A stretch of 48,528 nt of DNA, from assembly GCA_021432655.1 (NCBI GenBank), contig MU271376.1, forward strand, positions 1 to 48,528, in the 5' to 3' direction. The DNA is from Atractiella rhizophila. Its lineage: Eukaryota. The notes under the pieces were generated by a model. That model searched no databases and was not told the DNA's origin. It worked only from the letters and a program-made list of their open reading frames with translations. Both the position numbers and the translations under genes were made by a program. Shown here one piece after another: positions 1 to 12,039 of this stretch (positions are counted from its first letter, which is position 1; each line of letters begins with the position of its first letter).

Positions 1-1542
1 GGGGTATGTAGGCTGTATAGGCAGTAGAAGAAGGGGTGGATGTTTTGACTCTGAAGAAAGCACGCAAGAAACGCCCGACGCTTGATCTTTATCGCCACGC
101 GACATCCAACTTTATCGCAACGACGTCTTGTTCCCTCTGTTCACTGGCCCCATTTCTTGGCAAATAAACATATTCGAGAATGAGAATTGAGAATGAGAGA
201 ATGAGAATGAGACAAAACTTGAAACACGAAGTTGTAATATGAGGCCACGACAAGCGTTCCATCATCAGCTCACTGCTTCCTGACAGGTCGACAGCTGCTA
301 GGGTGATTGCGGTGGTACTGTCAAAGTCCTGTACGACACTGAACATGTGGGACAATACCTGGATTAGGATGGATGGATATGGATTGATGGTGTATGCTTC
401 TATTGAAGCCTCCACTTGCACTCTCAGCCGAAGGTTCAGAATCCTGAGCACGAGGTCCCCTATCCCGCTTTGAAATATGAGGCTTTACTTGCCCTGACTT
501 CGAAGCTTGCTCGTGTGGTGTGGCGTGACACTCCCATCGTGACGACCCACTTTGACTTCAGCTTTCGAGCGTTCTTGAGTGGCAAGCGCTCCGATCAATC
601 AGTCCGCGGTCGCGTCAACTCACTGACATGGCATGGCGGCTCGTGAACCGTGAACGTGAACTGTCTTGGTCGATCTCTCAATCATTAATTGTCCCTTGCT
701 CTTGAATGACCCGAGGGTGATGGCCTGATCCACGTACGACTTCGAAACACGTCGTTCTCACGGATTGACGGGCCGTCGCACTTCTTCTTTGGCTGAGATG
801 CTGCGAAATTCATCGTTCAATTCTGTAACGTCTTCTTGCCTTCTTATTCCGATACAATTTCCTGATGCGGGAAATGATAGCCGCGCTGCGCCCAAGGTGC
901 AATCTTCAATGAGAGTGCGAGACCTCCCCTGCTGCCACCATTGCACCACTCGAAAGGCTCACATATGTTAGAGGACCATTGACATCGAATAAGCTGCTTA
1001 TGACTTGTGAGAAAGCTTGCAGTCATTGTGACCGTCTCATTTCTATGTCTGAAGAAAGTTACGAGGCAAAACCACCGACCCTCATCATGTCAACCTCGAC
1101 CTCGATGTCCACTCCGTCAACTTCCCTTGCATAATACGGGATAGGGTCTCCTCCCAATGCCTCCTTGTCCAGTTTGTTCTTCATGTTAATGAAACGAAGT
1201 GCTGCGGCGCTGATCCGGTGATATGTAAGACTCTACTGCAAAAAGTGAACTCCTTTAGCTCAACTAGGGCGAGAACTAAGAGGCTCAATATATAAATGAG
1301 ACCTTAAATGAAAGAGAGACAGGAACAAGCTTATGCTAGCTGCACTAAAGTGTCGAGCCACCTATTGAGCTATTTGGTCTCAGAATGAAGAGAAGGGTTT
1401 TTACAGAGGCACTTCCAAGGCCAGCAGAAGTTACCTTGATTCTTACCGTGCTGTGAGGGTGAAGTAAGATAATGAGGAATAAGGTGATTTTACAGTGACA
1501 AGTGACACTGCTTTTAAAGGCCAATGAACAGATAAAAGATCC

Positions 1543-1874
1543 GGACAAGATTAAGCGAAATGATGGCATGGAGAGGACTGGGGAGAAAGTTTCGTCGTAG
1601 TCGACGCCCTCACGCTGCGTGAAGCCTTGAGCGACGACTCTTGCACGAAATCGGACGGTTTCTCCCCCTGGACCCAGTTTCTCGCTCAACACCCATTTCG
1701 AACCGATCATGGTCTCCCCCTCAGGAAGTGGCATCATCTCTCCAACTTCCCTCTCCTTCCACGAAATCCTCTCCTTGTCAAATGCGTCCTGCCACTTGGA
1801 GGCATCTGCACCATTAACGGCTTCTTCGTACGACGGAGTGAGGTTGCGAGTGGGGCTGGCGATGGTAATGCGAG
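1543..1874 (-). pseudogene. Copia reverse transcriptase N-terminal fragment (RVT_2)
   Basis: PSYEEAVNG...KW...IGSKWVL...RFRARVVAQGFTQREGVDYDETFSPV. It is in frame with the integrase once the 1875-2702 insertion and one TSD are removed (DTVAR|ITIASP). Confidence 0.92.
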
Positions 1875-2702
1875 TGTTAGGGCAAACACTATGTGCGGTC
1901 GCCGATGGGCGATGCGTCTGTAGTGGAGATAAACCTAAGAGAATACTCTAAGGTCACCTCCACTACTCTCTGATCTATATATACAAGCGGAATAACACTG
2001 CCACAAAGTGTAGAGCTGAGCAGATGAAACATGCAAGAGAACAAAAGGGGAAGTGACAGTGGGATTACACGGAGTTAATAAGAGGAGGATAGGCACAATT
2101 GGGCTAAGTGGTGATGTAGGTGCAAATGGACGACAGGAGACTGTCAGGCTTGCCCCACGCATTACCGAAATGCACTATCCGAGGTCACGCGACCTACCTT
2201 ACCGTACCATGTGATCACGTACCTACCCATCACCGCTCTGCACAGATCTGCGCTGTTCGCCGCTTTTCCATTCTTCACACGAATCGCCGCTCAGTAGACC
2301 TTATACATTTCCCCGATCTGCATCGTCTCCATTTTCGCCTTATTGTCCTTTCTCACTAGTACTGCCCAGTATATCTTATTTCTGCGTATTCCCTTTATTA
2401 CTTTCCTGATCTAGCTATCTTACTCGTTTCAAGCAACGTATGTTACAGTTTATGGCAGTGCCTTCACTTATGTATATATACATCGAGATGTAGTGGTGGT
2501 GACCTCAGAGTATTCTCTTAGGTTTACCTCCACTACAGGTTAGTCTTCTCATGCCATACTATTCTCTTAGGTTTACCTCCACTACAGACACATCGCCCAC
2601 CGGCGACCGCACATAGTGTCAGCCCTAACAGAGACGCAGTGGTGAACGGGCAGCGATTCGCAGGGAACGCAAATGGGCGATAGCTAAGATGCAAACCTGA
2701 CA
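1875..2702 (-). mobile_element. Solo LTR inserted in copia pol, itself interrupted by a second LTR
   Basis: Plus strand reads TGTTAGGG...CCTGACA with a 5-bp TSD GCGAG at 1870-1874 and 2703-2707. Homologous to 8899-9393 and 13005-13463. Confidence 0.92.
2142..2630 (+). mobile_element. Nested solo LTR (489 bp) in the opposite orientation
   Basis: TGTCAGG...CCCTAACA with a 5-bp TSD GAGAC at 2137-2141 and 2631-2635. Homologous to 10360-10756. Confidence 0.92.
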
Positions 2703-3968
2703 GCGAGCCACAGTGTCAGAGAGAGGTGTGTCTCCGAAATACTTTTCTCTGTTCTCTCTCTGAGCTTCTGCAGGAGAACGACGAGCTCGCTGAGAGCGTT
2801 CGCGGGGCGGAGGTGGGTCAGGTTTCACCTTCGACGGCGCCTCAGTGGGTCTCTCCCCCTCTTTCTGTTCCTCTCCCTTTTCTACCATGTCTGACATCTC
2901 TTCAGGAGGATCCAGCACTTCGTTAGTTTGGACTTCGAGAGATTGAAGGAGGGTCGGAGGGTGAGTTTCGTCAAATTGGACATGGAGGTGTTTGGTGACT
3001 GACCCGTTTTTAGGGTTGTAGATCCGATAAGTCTTGCTCTCCCAATCATAACCGACCAGTCTCCCTTCCCACGAACGTGCATCCAGCTTCTGCCTGTTTG
3101 GCTCAGGAGGAACCAGGCTGTAAGTTCGACATCCCAGCACGGGCAAGTGCTCCACTGATAGCTTCTTTCCAGTCAAAGCCTCGAACGGCGTCTTGCCTTT
3201 GAGCGCGACGGTTGGACGGTGATTTAGGAGGTGAATTGCGGCGACAGCGAGTTCTCCCCACAGCTTCTTGGGGAGATCGGAAGTGTGGAGGGTAGAACGG
3301 ATGAGGGAAGTGATAGAGAGGTTGAGACGCTCCGTGACGCCATTCTGTTGCGGAGTATAGGAGGCAGTGTGCTTGTGCTTGATGCCATGAGACTTCAGGT
3401 ACGTCTTGAACTCGTTGCTGGTGTACTCCCCGCCATTATCTGACCTTATCGCTTTGATCTTCAGGCCGGTCTCGAGCTCGACTTTGGCTTTGAACTCCTC
3501 AAAGGTGGAGAAGACATCAGATTTTCGCTTTAGAAGGTAAATCCACTTTCTTCGAGTCGCATCATCTGTGAAGCTCACCCAGTATTCAGCTCCACTGATC
3601 GACTTCACAGGCGCAGGACCCCACACGTCAGTGTGGACGAGTTCGAGCTTCTCGCTCGCACGTTTCGAAGGTCCACAAGGGAACGGGAGCTTGGATTGAC
3701 GACCAAGGAGACATCCGGCGCAAGGTGCGTGATGATCCTCCTCTCCCACTTCCATCCCTCTAACCATTTCTTTCTTCTGCAGCTCCTCAAGTCCATCCAT
3801 TCCAAGATGACCGAGCCTGCAGTGCCAGATGTGAGCAGACAGGGTTTTCATGGCAGTGGTGAGTTTTGCATTCGCTTCGCTTGCTTCCAAGAACAGCACT
3901 GACGCATCAAGCTTGCGCAGGCCTCCTTCCGCACTAATTTCTGCCACTACCGTTCCATCTCGCTTCAC
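2703..3968 (-). pseudogene. Copia integrase (GAG-pre-integrase, rve core, SH3-like region)
   Basis: WHCRLGH...CAGC, LVHTDVWGP, FTDD, IRSDNGGEY, PQQNGVTER, LWGE, TPFEAL, LVGYD...YRIYNP. The frame runs into an inserted LTR at 2702. Confidence 0.95.
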
Positions 3969-4485
3969 AATCCTCCCACGTCTGTCCGTGGAGAAGACGA
4001 CGTCGAAACCACATGAGTTGAGCTTATCGGTGGAGAGGAGAGCGCAATCAATTTCGGGTCAAAGAGAACATCGGTGAGTTCGATTTTTCTTTCCACTCCA
4101 TTCAGTTTTGTCAAGACTCTGACTGTTCCAATGCCAGTGGCCTTTGTGATGATTTCGTGGGACGAACGGATGCGACAAGTGTGTGGAGAAAGCAAGGAGA
4201 ACCAGGAACGGAATGGGACGATGTGGTCTGTTGCCGCAGAATCGACGTAGATCCCCTCGCGGTGAGTTCCATCTCCAGCGACCGTGTGGAAAGCCTCTGA
4301 GATCGTTGCTTCCCCAGGTTTTTCTTCTTCCTCCCGCTACTTCTTTCGGCAATCCCTCTCCCAATGACCTTCGATACCACAAAAGTGGCATTTGCCCTTT
4401 TTCTTCTCGCTTTTCGACCTCCCTACACCGCTACTTCCACCTCCCGATTTGGTATAGTTCCTTCCTCCTCCCCCAGACCTTGTAA

Positions 4486-5148
4486 CTAACGCTTCGCTAG
4501 GTTTGAGTCTGGATTCCTTCGATCGGCTTCGAGCAGGAGATGGGAAGCGATGTAGGAGGACGTGAAATCAGAGGAGGAGACGGCGTTGAACGAGGAGACG
4601 AGTTCGATCCAGGACGGGGGTAGGGAGATCAACAGTAGCATCGCGACATCCTCGTCATCCGTCTTGTCACCCATCGCCTTCAACTCTTGCCCCATGGTGC
4701 GAATCCGATTGACATGATCTCGCATCGACTCACCCTCGACGTAACGCGTGGTGTAGAGCTTCTGACAGAGGAGAACACGAGCCTGGCGGTCCTGGGTTTG
4801 GCAGAGCTCCTTGAGCCTATCCCAAACCTCCTTCAGCTTCTCAACATCGATGTCCCGGATATCGGTGAGTACGTGGTCTTTGCAGGCTTCGATAATGATC
4901 GAATAGACTAGGTTCGCCGGTCTCGTCCAGTCCTTCTGCGACGCCTCGACCTTCGGGACTTCCTCCGGCTTCCCAGCCTCTCCCCCAACGGCAATGGGTT
5001 TGACATCCGTCCCAGCAATGATCCCCCAGCATTTCTTGTCGAGCAGCTTCACATGGACACGGAAGTACCAGATGTGGTAGTTCTCCCATCCCTCGAGTTT
5101 TGGGATAGTCGAAGAAGTAAGTACGGTGGTGTCATGATTTTCAGACAT
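4486..5148 (-). pseudogene. Copia gag (Retrotran_gag_2/UBN2-like), frameshifted before the zinc knuckle
   Basis: IPKLEGWENYHIW...VWDRLKELC...EGESMRDHVNRI...VAMLLLISLPPSW motifs are typical of copia gag. Confidence 0.9.
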
Positions 5149-5192
5149 TTGAGGCTGACGAGGTGGCAGGGAATTCAGCTAGATGAGAACGA

Positions 5193-5205
5193 GCTCTCGC
5201 TACCA
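5193..5205 (-). promoter_or_regulatory. Primer-binding site (TGGTAGCGAGAGC)
   Basis: A TGG-initial motif complementary to a tRNA CCA end lies directly after the LTR terminus and upstream of the gag ATG (5148). TGGTAGCG resembles the initiator-Met PBS of Ty1. Confidence 0.75.
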
Positions 5206-5207
5206 AA

Positions 5208-5467
5208 TGATAAAGATTATGAGCGGTGGGACAAGCGGGACTGCAAGGTGCGAGACCAATCAAAACTCTCTTATTGTATGTTCTATATGAGAATGAAATA
5301 CATACCTGCAAGGTGCAAGACCAATCAAAACTCTGGGTCTCACACTTGCAGGGGAAGTTATTTTATAGCATAAAAGCTGAGTAATAAGAAAAAGGAACAA
5401 AGATGAAAGAAAGACTTCGCACCAGCAAGAGAAAGGAGGGTGCGTTTATGCTCCTGTCAAGATATCA
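5208..5467 (-). repeat. 5' LTR of the copia element
   Basis: Minus strand runs TGATATC...TTTATCA (TGATA/TATCA inverted termini) and ends 2 nt before the PBS. It has an internal CTGCAAGGTGC(G/A)AGACCAATCAAAACTCT direct repeat and a hairpin. The outer boundary is uncertain by ~10 nt. Confidence 0.7.
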
Positions 5468-6448
5468 TGCAGTTATCTTTCCCTCTTCGTCCTGTCGATC
5501 ATGTGTGCTTGGAGCTGATCGGAGAGGCATAGAGAGATGAGCGGGACCCTGATAGGGTATTCTGTGGTCAATGGGACCTTCAGGTTAGCAGCCGATTCCA
5601 GTACAGGAGCGTGTCGCCACATTTAAACCTTGTGTATCCGAAATCCATGGGCTCGAGAACAATGTGGCCGCCTCTCAACAACCAAGAGATATCCTCTTTA
5701 AGCTTTGCTGCCCTCACGCTCACATACATTCTACCTCAGGTTCTCATTCTCTGACATCGGACCCCACAACGAAGACATGTTCCCACCATGGTTCACGCTC
5801 TCTCTTCTTTTCCCTGCCTCTGCGTAGATTTTGCCAACTGGATCATAAGCCCAAGGAGGGGTGCGGCTTCCTCTTCGGCGATCATATTCACTCCAATAAA
5901 GTCCTAAAAATACCGCGGATGTTTCGCACTCGAATGGCCGGTAATCCTTTGAGCTAAAGGAGTCAGCTCCCCAGTTTCAAGCGAATGCGAGGTGTTGGAC
6001 CGGATGGGGGTCGAGAGGATTGTCGCTGGAAATATGTTGCAGGCATGTCGGAAGTATGGCATGGAAAGGTGGGAATTGGACAATCATCTCTTTTGCGATG
6101 CCATGGTGAGATGAATAGCGTAGAATTGACGAACCAAATTGTTTTGCAAATGCATAAGTACACAAGAACGTAGTATTATTCGTCCTGGATTTCAGCTGGG
6201 AGCAGCACCCCAGTGACATCCACCTAAGCTTCAAGTTCACTGTAAGCACATCAACCAATTTGTTGTAACGAGAGAAATGAAGGATCGACTCTTATAGCTC
6301 AGGACAAAAGCCAGCAATGAATCCATGACTGGACAGATAAGGTTGAGTCGAGTCTTTGCCTGCTTGAGATAAAGGATTTCGATCGTCGCGTTGTTTTTTT
6401 CTGGGAAGTGAAAAGAAAGCGCGGCTGAGACGTGAATGATACAGGTTC

Positions 6449-6669
6449 ATGATGGAGGAAGTAGTCGAGTTCCTGTCCTCTGACAATCCAAATGTCCGTC
6501 TGGAAGCAGTCAAGATCGCCAAATCCTACTCGACCCTACCATCCTCTCCTCTGCATTCTCCGACGTCAATCAATGCACTCAAAGCCCTCGTACAAGACAG
6601 CAATCCAGTACGTATCCATCACTCGCCTAACCTTACCGCTGACCACATCCAGCTTATAGCCCATGACGC
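6449..6669 (+). CDS. HGH1: HGH1-like protein (eEF2 chaperone), N-terminal part, cut by assembly gap
   Basis: MEEVVEFLSSDNPNVRLEAV...ALKALVQD, then a GTACGT..CAG intron (~6608-6652), then LIAHDA. This resembles the fungal Hgh1 N-terminus from memory. Confidence 0.6.
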
Positions 6670-6694
6670 NNNNNNNNNNNNNNNNNNNNNNNNN
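6670..6694. other. Assembly gap (25 N)
   Basis: Run of 25 Ns. Confidence 1.
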
Positions 6695-8732
6695 GGGGAT
6701 AAAAGACTTAGACTTGCCATGACTTTTATAGGTTTCTGTAGCAGTTAGTGACAGCGAGAGAATTACTGGTACCTTTCGGAGACCCTCTAAATGCTCGAAC
6801 TCGCGCGTTACCACGTAACACCAAACGCAGCTTCATAATTTACGCGTAACACGATCACATACCGCCTTTCATAAGTACACCTTCCTTCTGGTTTCTCGGT
6901 ACTGGTATCAAAAGTGTCCCTTCACAATCCCGACTGTGATACACGGTCTCAGCGACAACTTCTACGAGACCGCGGAAGAGATCGGGTTGATCTCCAAATA
7001 AGTAGCCTCTTCTGTAGTTCCCGTAATTTCTGGGAAACGATATCTCACATGTTGTGATTGAGAACATCCCAACTGCAGTTGACGGAACTCATGCCGTTCT
7101 TGCTATTTATCGATCTTTTCCGTTACGTTATTTCACCTTATTATTCAACGTTCTTTGTTACCCGTTGTAACGATCACTCTTTCCGATTCTCTATTACTTC
7201 TCTACCCTATATGAGTTTTAGATATTCTATATTTCGCTGACACGTACACTTGTTCTTACTCTTTTCCCTTTGACTTTTTTCCAGGCCTTTTACGTGTGCT
7301 TGGTCTTCTCCTCTTTAGCTATTCCAGCTTTCTTGCTGTTAAGGTACACTTCTTACGTTTTTCGCCCTGGTTTGTCGGGTCTGGATACTTTTCTATGCCG
7401 TTCTATGTCTGGCCTTCCGCTTTTATTTACTTGTATGTACTGTCGAGCCGTTCCGACCCGAGTTTTCACTTGGTGTCTAGCAGCCTGACATGAAGGCATT
7501 ACTGCACTTCGTCTGGTTGTCTTTTTACTTGTTTCCTTCGATTGTGTGGCTACACTTGGAGGACCGTGTTTCATGACAACTTCTACGATTCTGTCCGTAC
7601 AGAGATCGGGTTGATCACCACCATTAAGTAGCCTCTTCCGTAGTTCCCGTAATTTCTGGGAAACGATATCTCACATGTTGTAATTGAGAACATCCCAACA
7701 GCAGTTGACGGAACTCATGCCGTTCTTGCTGTTTAACGGTTTTTTCCACTACGATACTCCCACCCTAAAACACAACCTTCAGTAGTTACCGTAGAAACCA
7801 CACTATAACCGACTATATTACTTCCTACCTAGAAAAGTATTGGATTTCATTTCGCAGACACGTAAACTGGTTCTTACATTATCACTTTGACTCTTTATCA
7901 GACCTTTTAGGGAGTTGGACTCCTCCTCTATAGTTATTCCACTTTCGTACTGTTAAGATACACTCTCTAAGTTTTACTACTGGTTTGTGGGGAGGGATAA
8001 TTTACTACACCGTTATATGACTGGACTTCCGCTATTACTTACTTGTATATACTATCGAAACGAACAGACACGAGTTTTCACTAGGTGTCTAGCAGACTGA
8101 CAAGAAGGAATGACTGAACTTCGTCTGGTTGTCTTTTGTACTCGTTACCTTCGATCGGGAGGAGACACTTAGAGGACAGTGTTTAACGACAACCTACGTT
8201 CTGTCAGTACAGAGAAAACCAGACAAACCATCAAGTTTACTTCAGTGTCACTAAACTAAAGTGAATACAAACTCTTTCACCCTTCTCCACCCTTCTTCGT
8301 TATGAGATGAACACGACCAATTTCCTACTCGCATTCCGTGTTGTTACCTTTGATCTCTCTCGATTCTCCCCTGTACAAGAAGGCTTTAAAGTTTTCCACT
8401 ACTACAATATTTACGTTCACCATTGGTAACTTCAAACCCTCTCCTACTGCTCATTCTCTCGTCGCTCCACACTCTGACGTTCCACACTCTGGTTTGGTTA
8501 TTCTTACACCAAGATCGATACATTGCCGGTTTATGTCGTGGACACTCCACACTCTGGTTTGGTTATTCGTACACCAGAACGTGAGTGTCCCGTTAAGCGA
8601 AAATAGTCTCTTTTCACGACTTATTACTCTTCCACATTAACCTTCACTTCTCCTTTGAACTCGTGTGTGTGTTATTCCTACGATTCTCTGCACTTACAAG
8701 AGTCTTTCATCCTCCACATTCACAGGATATTG
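6695..8732. other. Mirror-orientation (complemented but not reversed) segment, probable assembly artefact
   Basis: 6924-6945 is the exact reverse, not reverse complement, of 2609-2630 (22/22). The plain complement of 8474-8494 matches 5239-5259 at 20/21. The right boundary is approximate. Confidence 0.88.
6954..8215. repeat. Imperfect ~620-bp tandem duplication within the mirror segment
   Basis: Units start GACAAC(TT)CTACG at 6954, 7575 and partially at 8188. They share long blocks such as GTAGTTCCCGTAATTTCTGGGAAACGATATCTCACATGTTGT and differ by many indels. Confidence 0.9.
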
Positions 8733-8898
8733 CCCAGATCACATATTTTGGCCTATTTGGAACTGTGGGAATGATCTATATTTGTGTTCACATCAGCGAA
8801 ATTGAATTCCGACTCCATGACTTGAAACCTTCATTGGCCCAAAAGGCCTACGACAATTCCAATTATGATGCATTTTCTGTTTCATTTTCAAGTAGTAA

Positions 8899-9393
8899 TG
8901 TTAGGGCAAACACTATGTGTGGTCGCCGACGGGCGATGCGTCTGTAGTGGAGATAAACCTAAGAGCATGATATGACATGAAGACTAACGTGTAGTGGAGA
9001 TAAACCTAACAGAATACTCTAAGGTCACCTTCACTACTCTCCAATCTATATATACAAGTGGAATAACACTGCCACAGAGTGTAGAGGAGAGCAGATGAAA
9101 CATGTAAGAGAACTAAAAGGGGAAGTGACAGTGGGATTACACGGAGTTAATAAGAGGAGGATAGGCACAGTTGGGCTAAGTGGTGATGTAGGTGCAAATG
9201 GGTGACGGGAGACGCAGTGGCGAACGGGCGCCGATTCGCAGGGAACGCAAATGGGCGATAGGAGACGCAATCCAGCGAACGGGCGCCAATTTGCGTAAGA
9301 TGCAAACCTGACAGATAGGCACAATTGGGCTAAGTGGTGATGTAGGTGCAAATGGGCGACGGGCGCCGATTTGCGTAAGATGTAAACCTGACA
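8899..9393 (-). mobile_element. LTR copy of the same family with internal duplications
   Basis: TGTTAGGGCAAACACTATGTG...AAACCTGACA, near-identical to 1875-2141 plus 2636-2702. The terminus is duplicated (ends at 9313 and 9393). No matching TSD. Confidence 0.9.
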
Positions 9394-10359
9394 TCACTTC
9401 AGCAAAGCCTGGTCTCTTGCAGCACATCTGCTTCACTCCTGCAACATCCTGCTTGCTCCTGCTCAGCCCGTTCATCTGGTTCGCTTCTGTAACATGCTGC
9501 TCCTGTAGCAAAGTGTTGCGTACTCCTGCAAAGTCCTGCTTGCTTCAACAAAGTCAGTCTGCTTCATGCACCTCTGCTTTGCTCCTGCAATGCCAAGCTC
9601 ACTGAAGCTACATGCTGGTTCCTCCAGTGAAGCAGTGGTTGCCTCAGCAAAGGCTGAAGGGGTGGCTGGCCCAGCAGAGGGACTCTGTAGCAAAGCAGTG
9701 GTCAAGGGCTGATACCTACAGTGAAGCAGCGGGGCTGATGTCTCCAACAAAGAGCAGTCTCTCTGATGAAGGTGCCTCCAGTGAAGCTATAGTTCCTTCC
9801 AGCGAGGGGGCTGTCCGTCCAGGGAAGGTTCTCCTCAGCGAAGCAGTGGTTATGGCCTGGATCCTTCAAAGATGTATAGGCCAATGCAGTGAAGGAGTTC
9901 ACTTCCAGCATGTCTGCGCCTCACTTTGGAGGTATGGACCGCATGCAGGAACTCATCTTTGCTCTGGGGACTTGGTCTCGTTCCAGTTCCGGTATGGGAG
10001 ATGCATGTTTGGGACCAGGTTCGATCTGGGAGGCCAAGGTCATGTCACTCTATGTTGAAGCCCATCAGGTTCTAAGTCATCTCTACATACCCTAAGGGGT
10101 CATGAGGTGCAGACCCAAAGCGGTTACTATCAGTTTGTGTGAAGCAGACTTCGTGAGAGAGGGCGAACTTGGTATGTTGCAGTTAGTTCCTATACAAAAG
10201 TGGTGATTTTGTGAAATGGGTGAACTTTGTATGTTGGAGTGCCAGAGTAGTTATTTTGTAACAGGAAGTGCATTCACTTCCCAAAAGCATGTGAGGCAAA
10301 AGTCACAACAACAGGTGGACTTTGCAGTTTGTAGCCAGCCAGCCACCCGGAGTACCCAC

Positions 10360-10756
10360 TGTCAGGCCTGCTCCTACATATTACCAAATTTCATCAATCT
10401 AGGTCATGCAACCTAATTTCCTACTTCACATTTTCGCACTCTTACCAACCACCGCTTTACGTTGTTGCATACAGGTCACCGCTCAGCACTTCGCCGGTCT
10501 GCACTGACACCATTTCGTCTTGACATTCTTTCACATTGCTCTACTTATTTTATCTTATTTCCAGTTATTCCCTTTGTTGCTTTTCCGATTTACTTATTTG
10601 ACATGTTTCATGGGCCATACTTTATAGTTCATGGTGGTGCCCTCACACATGTATATAAATCGAGATGTCGTGGTGATGACCTCAGAGTATTCTTTAGGTT
10701 TATCTCCACTACAGATATTGCCGATCGGCGAACTTTATATAATGTCTGCCCTAATA
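10360..10756 (+). mobile_element. Diverged LTR copy, possibly the 5' LTR of the gypsy relic
   Basis: TGTCAGGCCTGC...GTCTGCCCTAATA, colinear with 2142-2630. The terminal CA has become TA. Confidence 0.8.
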
Positions 10757-11618
10757 GAAGAATACTCTCCCTCCACCCTCTCTCTCTTCTTCAAAACCAA
10801 AGTTAGAAAAATGTTGGAGGTTTGGGGAGACATGAAAATGCACAATTCACTACCAACAGAAAAACGTATCTATCGCTCAGAAAGGATGTTCCAACTCTAT
10901 ACCTCACAACTGAAAAGCAGTTCAGAAAACTTGAACAAGACCTCATGTCAAGTTTCAACCAGTAAAATGCACATACTTCCCAGAATGTAATCGAAATTGT
11001 GCAACTGAGATCCGACCTCCAAAATACAAACGACTTTACGATTGCTAGATTCCAGACTAACTCTTCCTAGAGACAGTGGAACCACCTCCACCTTTTTATC
11101 TCGAACAGACCCAACACCTCAAGCATACTCCTCTCCTTCTATATATCGATCTGCAGTTTCACTATATGCAGGTACTAAACTTGTTTCACAATCTTCAAAG
11201 GAGTGCCCAACACAGCTCCAACCTTTTTACACGAAATTTACGGCTACACTTCTACTGTCCCAGGATAATTCCCCTCAGAAACATTAAAAATTCTAATTAC
11301 CCTCTCTTATATGAAAGATGGAGATGCTGAAAAATCCGCCGCTAGGATTTTGTGCTGACTTGTTGAAAATGAGGACTAAATTCGTGCAGCAATTTTTGTC
11401 AGAGTTCAGATCACGATTCTGCGCATCCAACCACTAACCCATCAGTGATGGCTGGACCCCAAAACATGTTTTCTATGAAGAAAAACAGCTTGAAAATAAC
11501 AAAACACAAGGAGAACAGACCACCTGTATTGTATCGACTGAGTACTAATCCCTCACTGAGCCCCCGAGGACATGGAGGTCGATGTGACACAATCTAGACC
11601 CCTCGTTGTCGACGATGC

Positions 11619-11712
11619 CAAAGAATAGGACACAGGGAAAGGAATGTAGGACGTCCATGAACAAAGAATAGGACACTGGGAAAGCGAATATAGGACATCC
11701 ATGAACAAAGAA
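11619..11712 (+). repeat. ~43-bp tandem repeat (2.2 copies)
   Basis: CAAAGAATAGGACAC(A/T)GGGAAAG..TAGGAC(G/A)TCCATGAA units start at 11619, 11662 and 11706. Confidence 0.9.
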
Positions 11713-12039
11713 CAGCACCTCTGAGCACAGTGTGAATATTTCAGTTCCAAGTTTGCGCAACAAGACTGTCAAGCGACCCAGATCATTGAACTTCTGACGA
11801 TAATGGTTGTTCCCCAATTGATAAGTCTAGATGAGGATTTTTAAAGCGGCGATGGGTGGAAGAAGTGTCCCCATTGCCGACCTGCAATTCTATTTCATCA
11901 CCTAAAACCACTTCCAACAAAGCACCACTTTGACTTTGTGCAGATTTCCCTCCTCCCGAATTCGACTCCCCCTTTCCAAAGATGAAAAAATACACCTTTG
12001 TTCCACCACTACATCTCTCGTCAGCTTGAAAACGAAACT

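Larger units (their letters stand above)
1543..5467 (-). mobile_element. Ty1/copia LTR retrotransposon, degenerate and 3'-truncated (no RNase H or 3' LTR seen)
   Basis: Domain order on minus: LTR, PBS, gag, zinc knuckle CHFCGIEGHWERDC (~4350-4391), protease YVDSAAT (~4230-4250), integrase, then RT start. Integrase before RT is the copia order. Stops and frameshifts occur near 4490, 4340 and 4050. Confidence 0.95.

Noticed and set aside
89..1230. Possible spliced minus-strand gene and GAGAAT microsatellite (~176-211)
   Set aside because: No recognisable domain and no consistent exon chain could be built.
1875..1882. TTAGGG telomere-like motif at LTR ends
   Set aside because: Single units forming part of the LTR terminus, with no tandem array.
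2511..2587. CRISPR-like repeat-spacer-repeat (ATTCTCTTAGGTTTACCTCCACTACAG x2)
   Set aside because: Only two units, internal to an LTR and repeated in other LTR copies. The context is eukaryotic with no cas genes.
1875..2630. MITE or DNA transposon with long terminal inverted repeats
   Set aside because: Two independent 5-bp TSD pairs and continued LTR sequence to 2702 show two oppositely oriented nested LTRs.
6855..8640. Hydrophobic short ORFs resembling membrane proteins
   Set aside because: They lie in the mirror segment, so normal-frame translations are meaningless.
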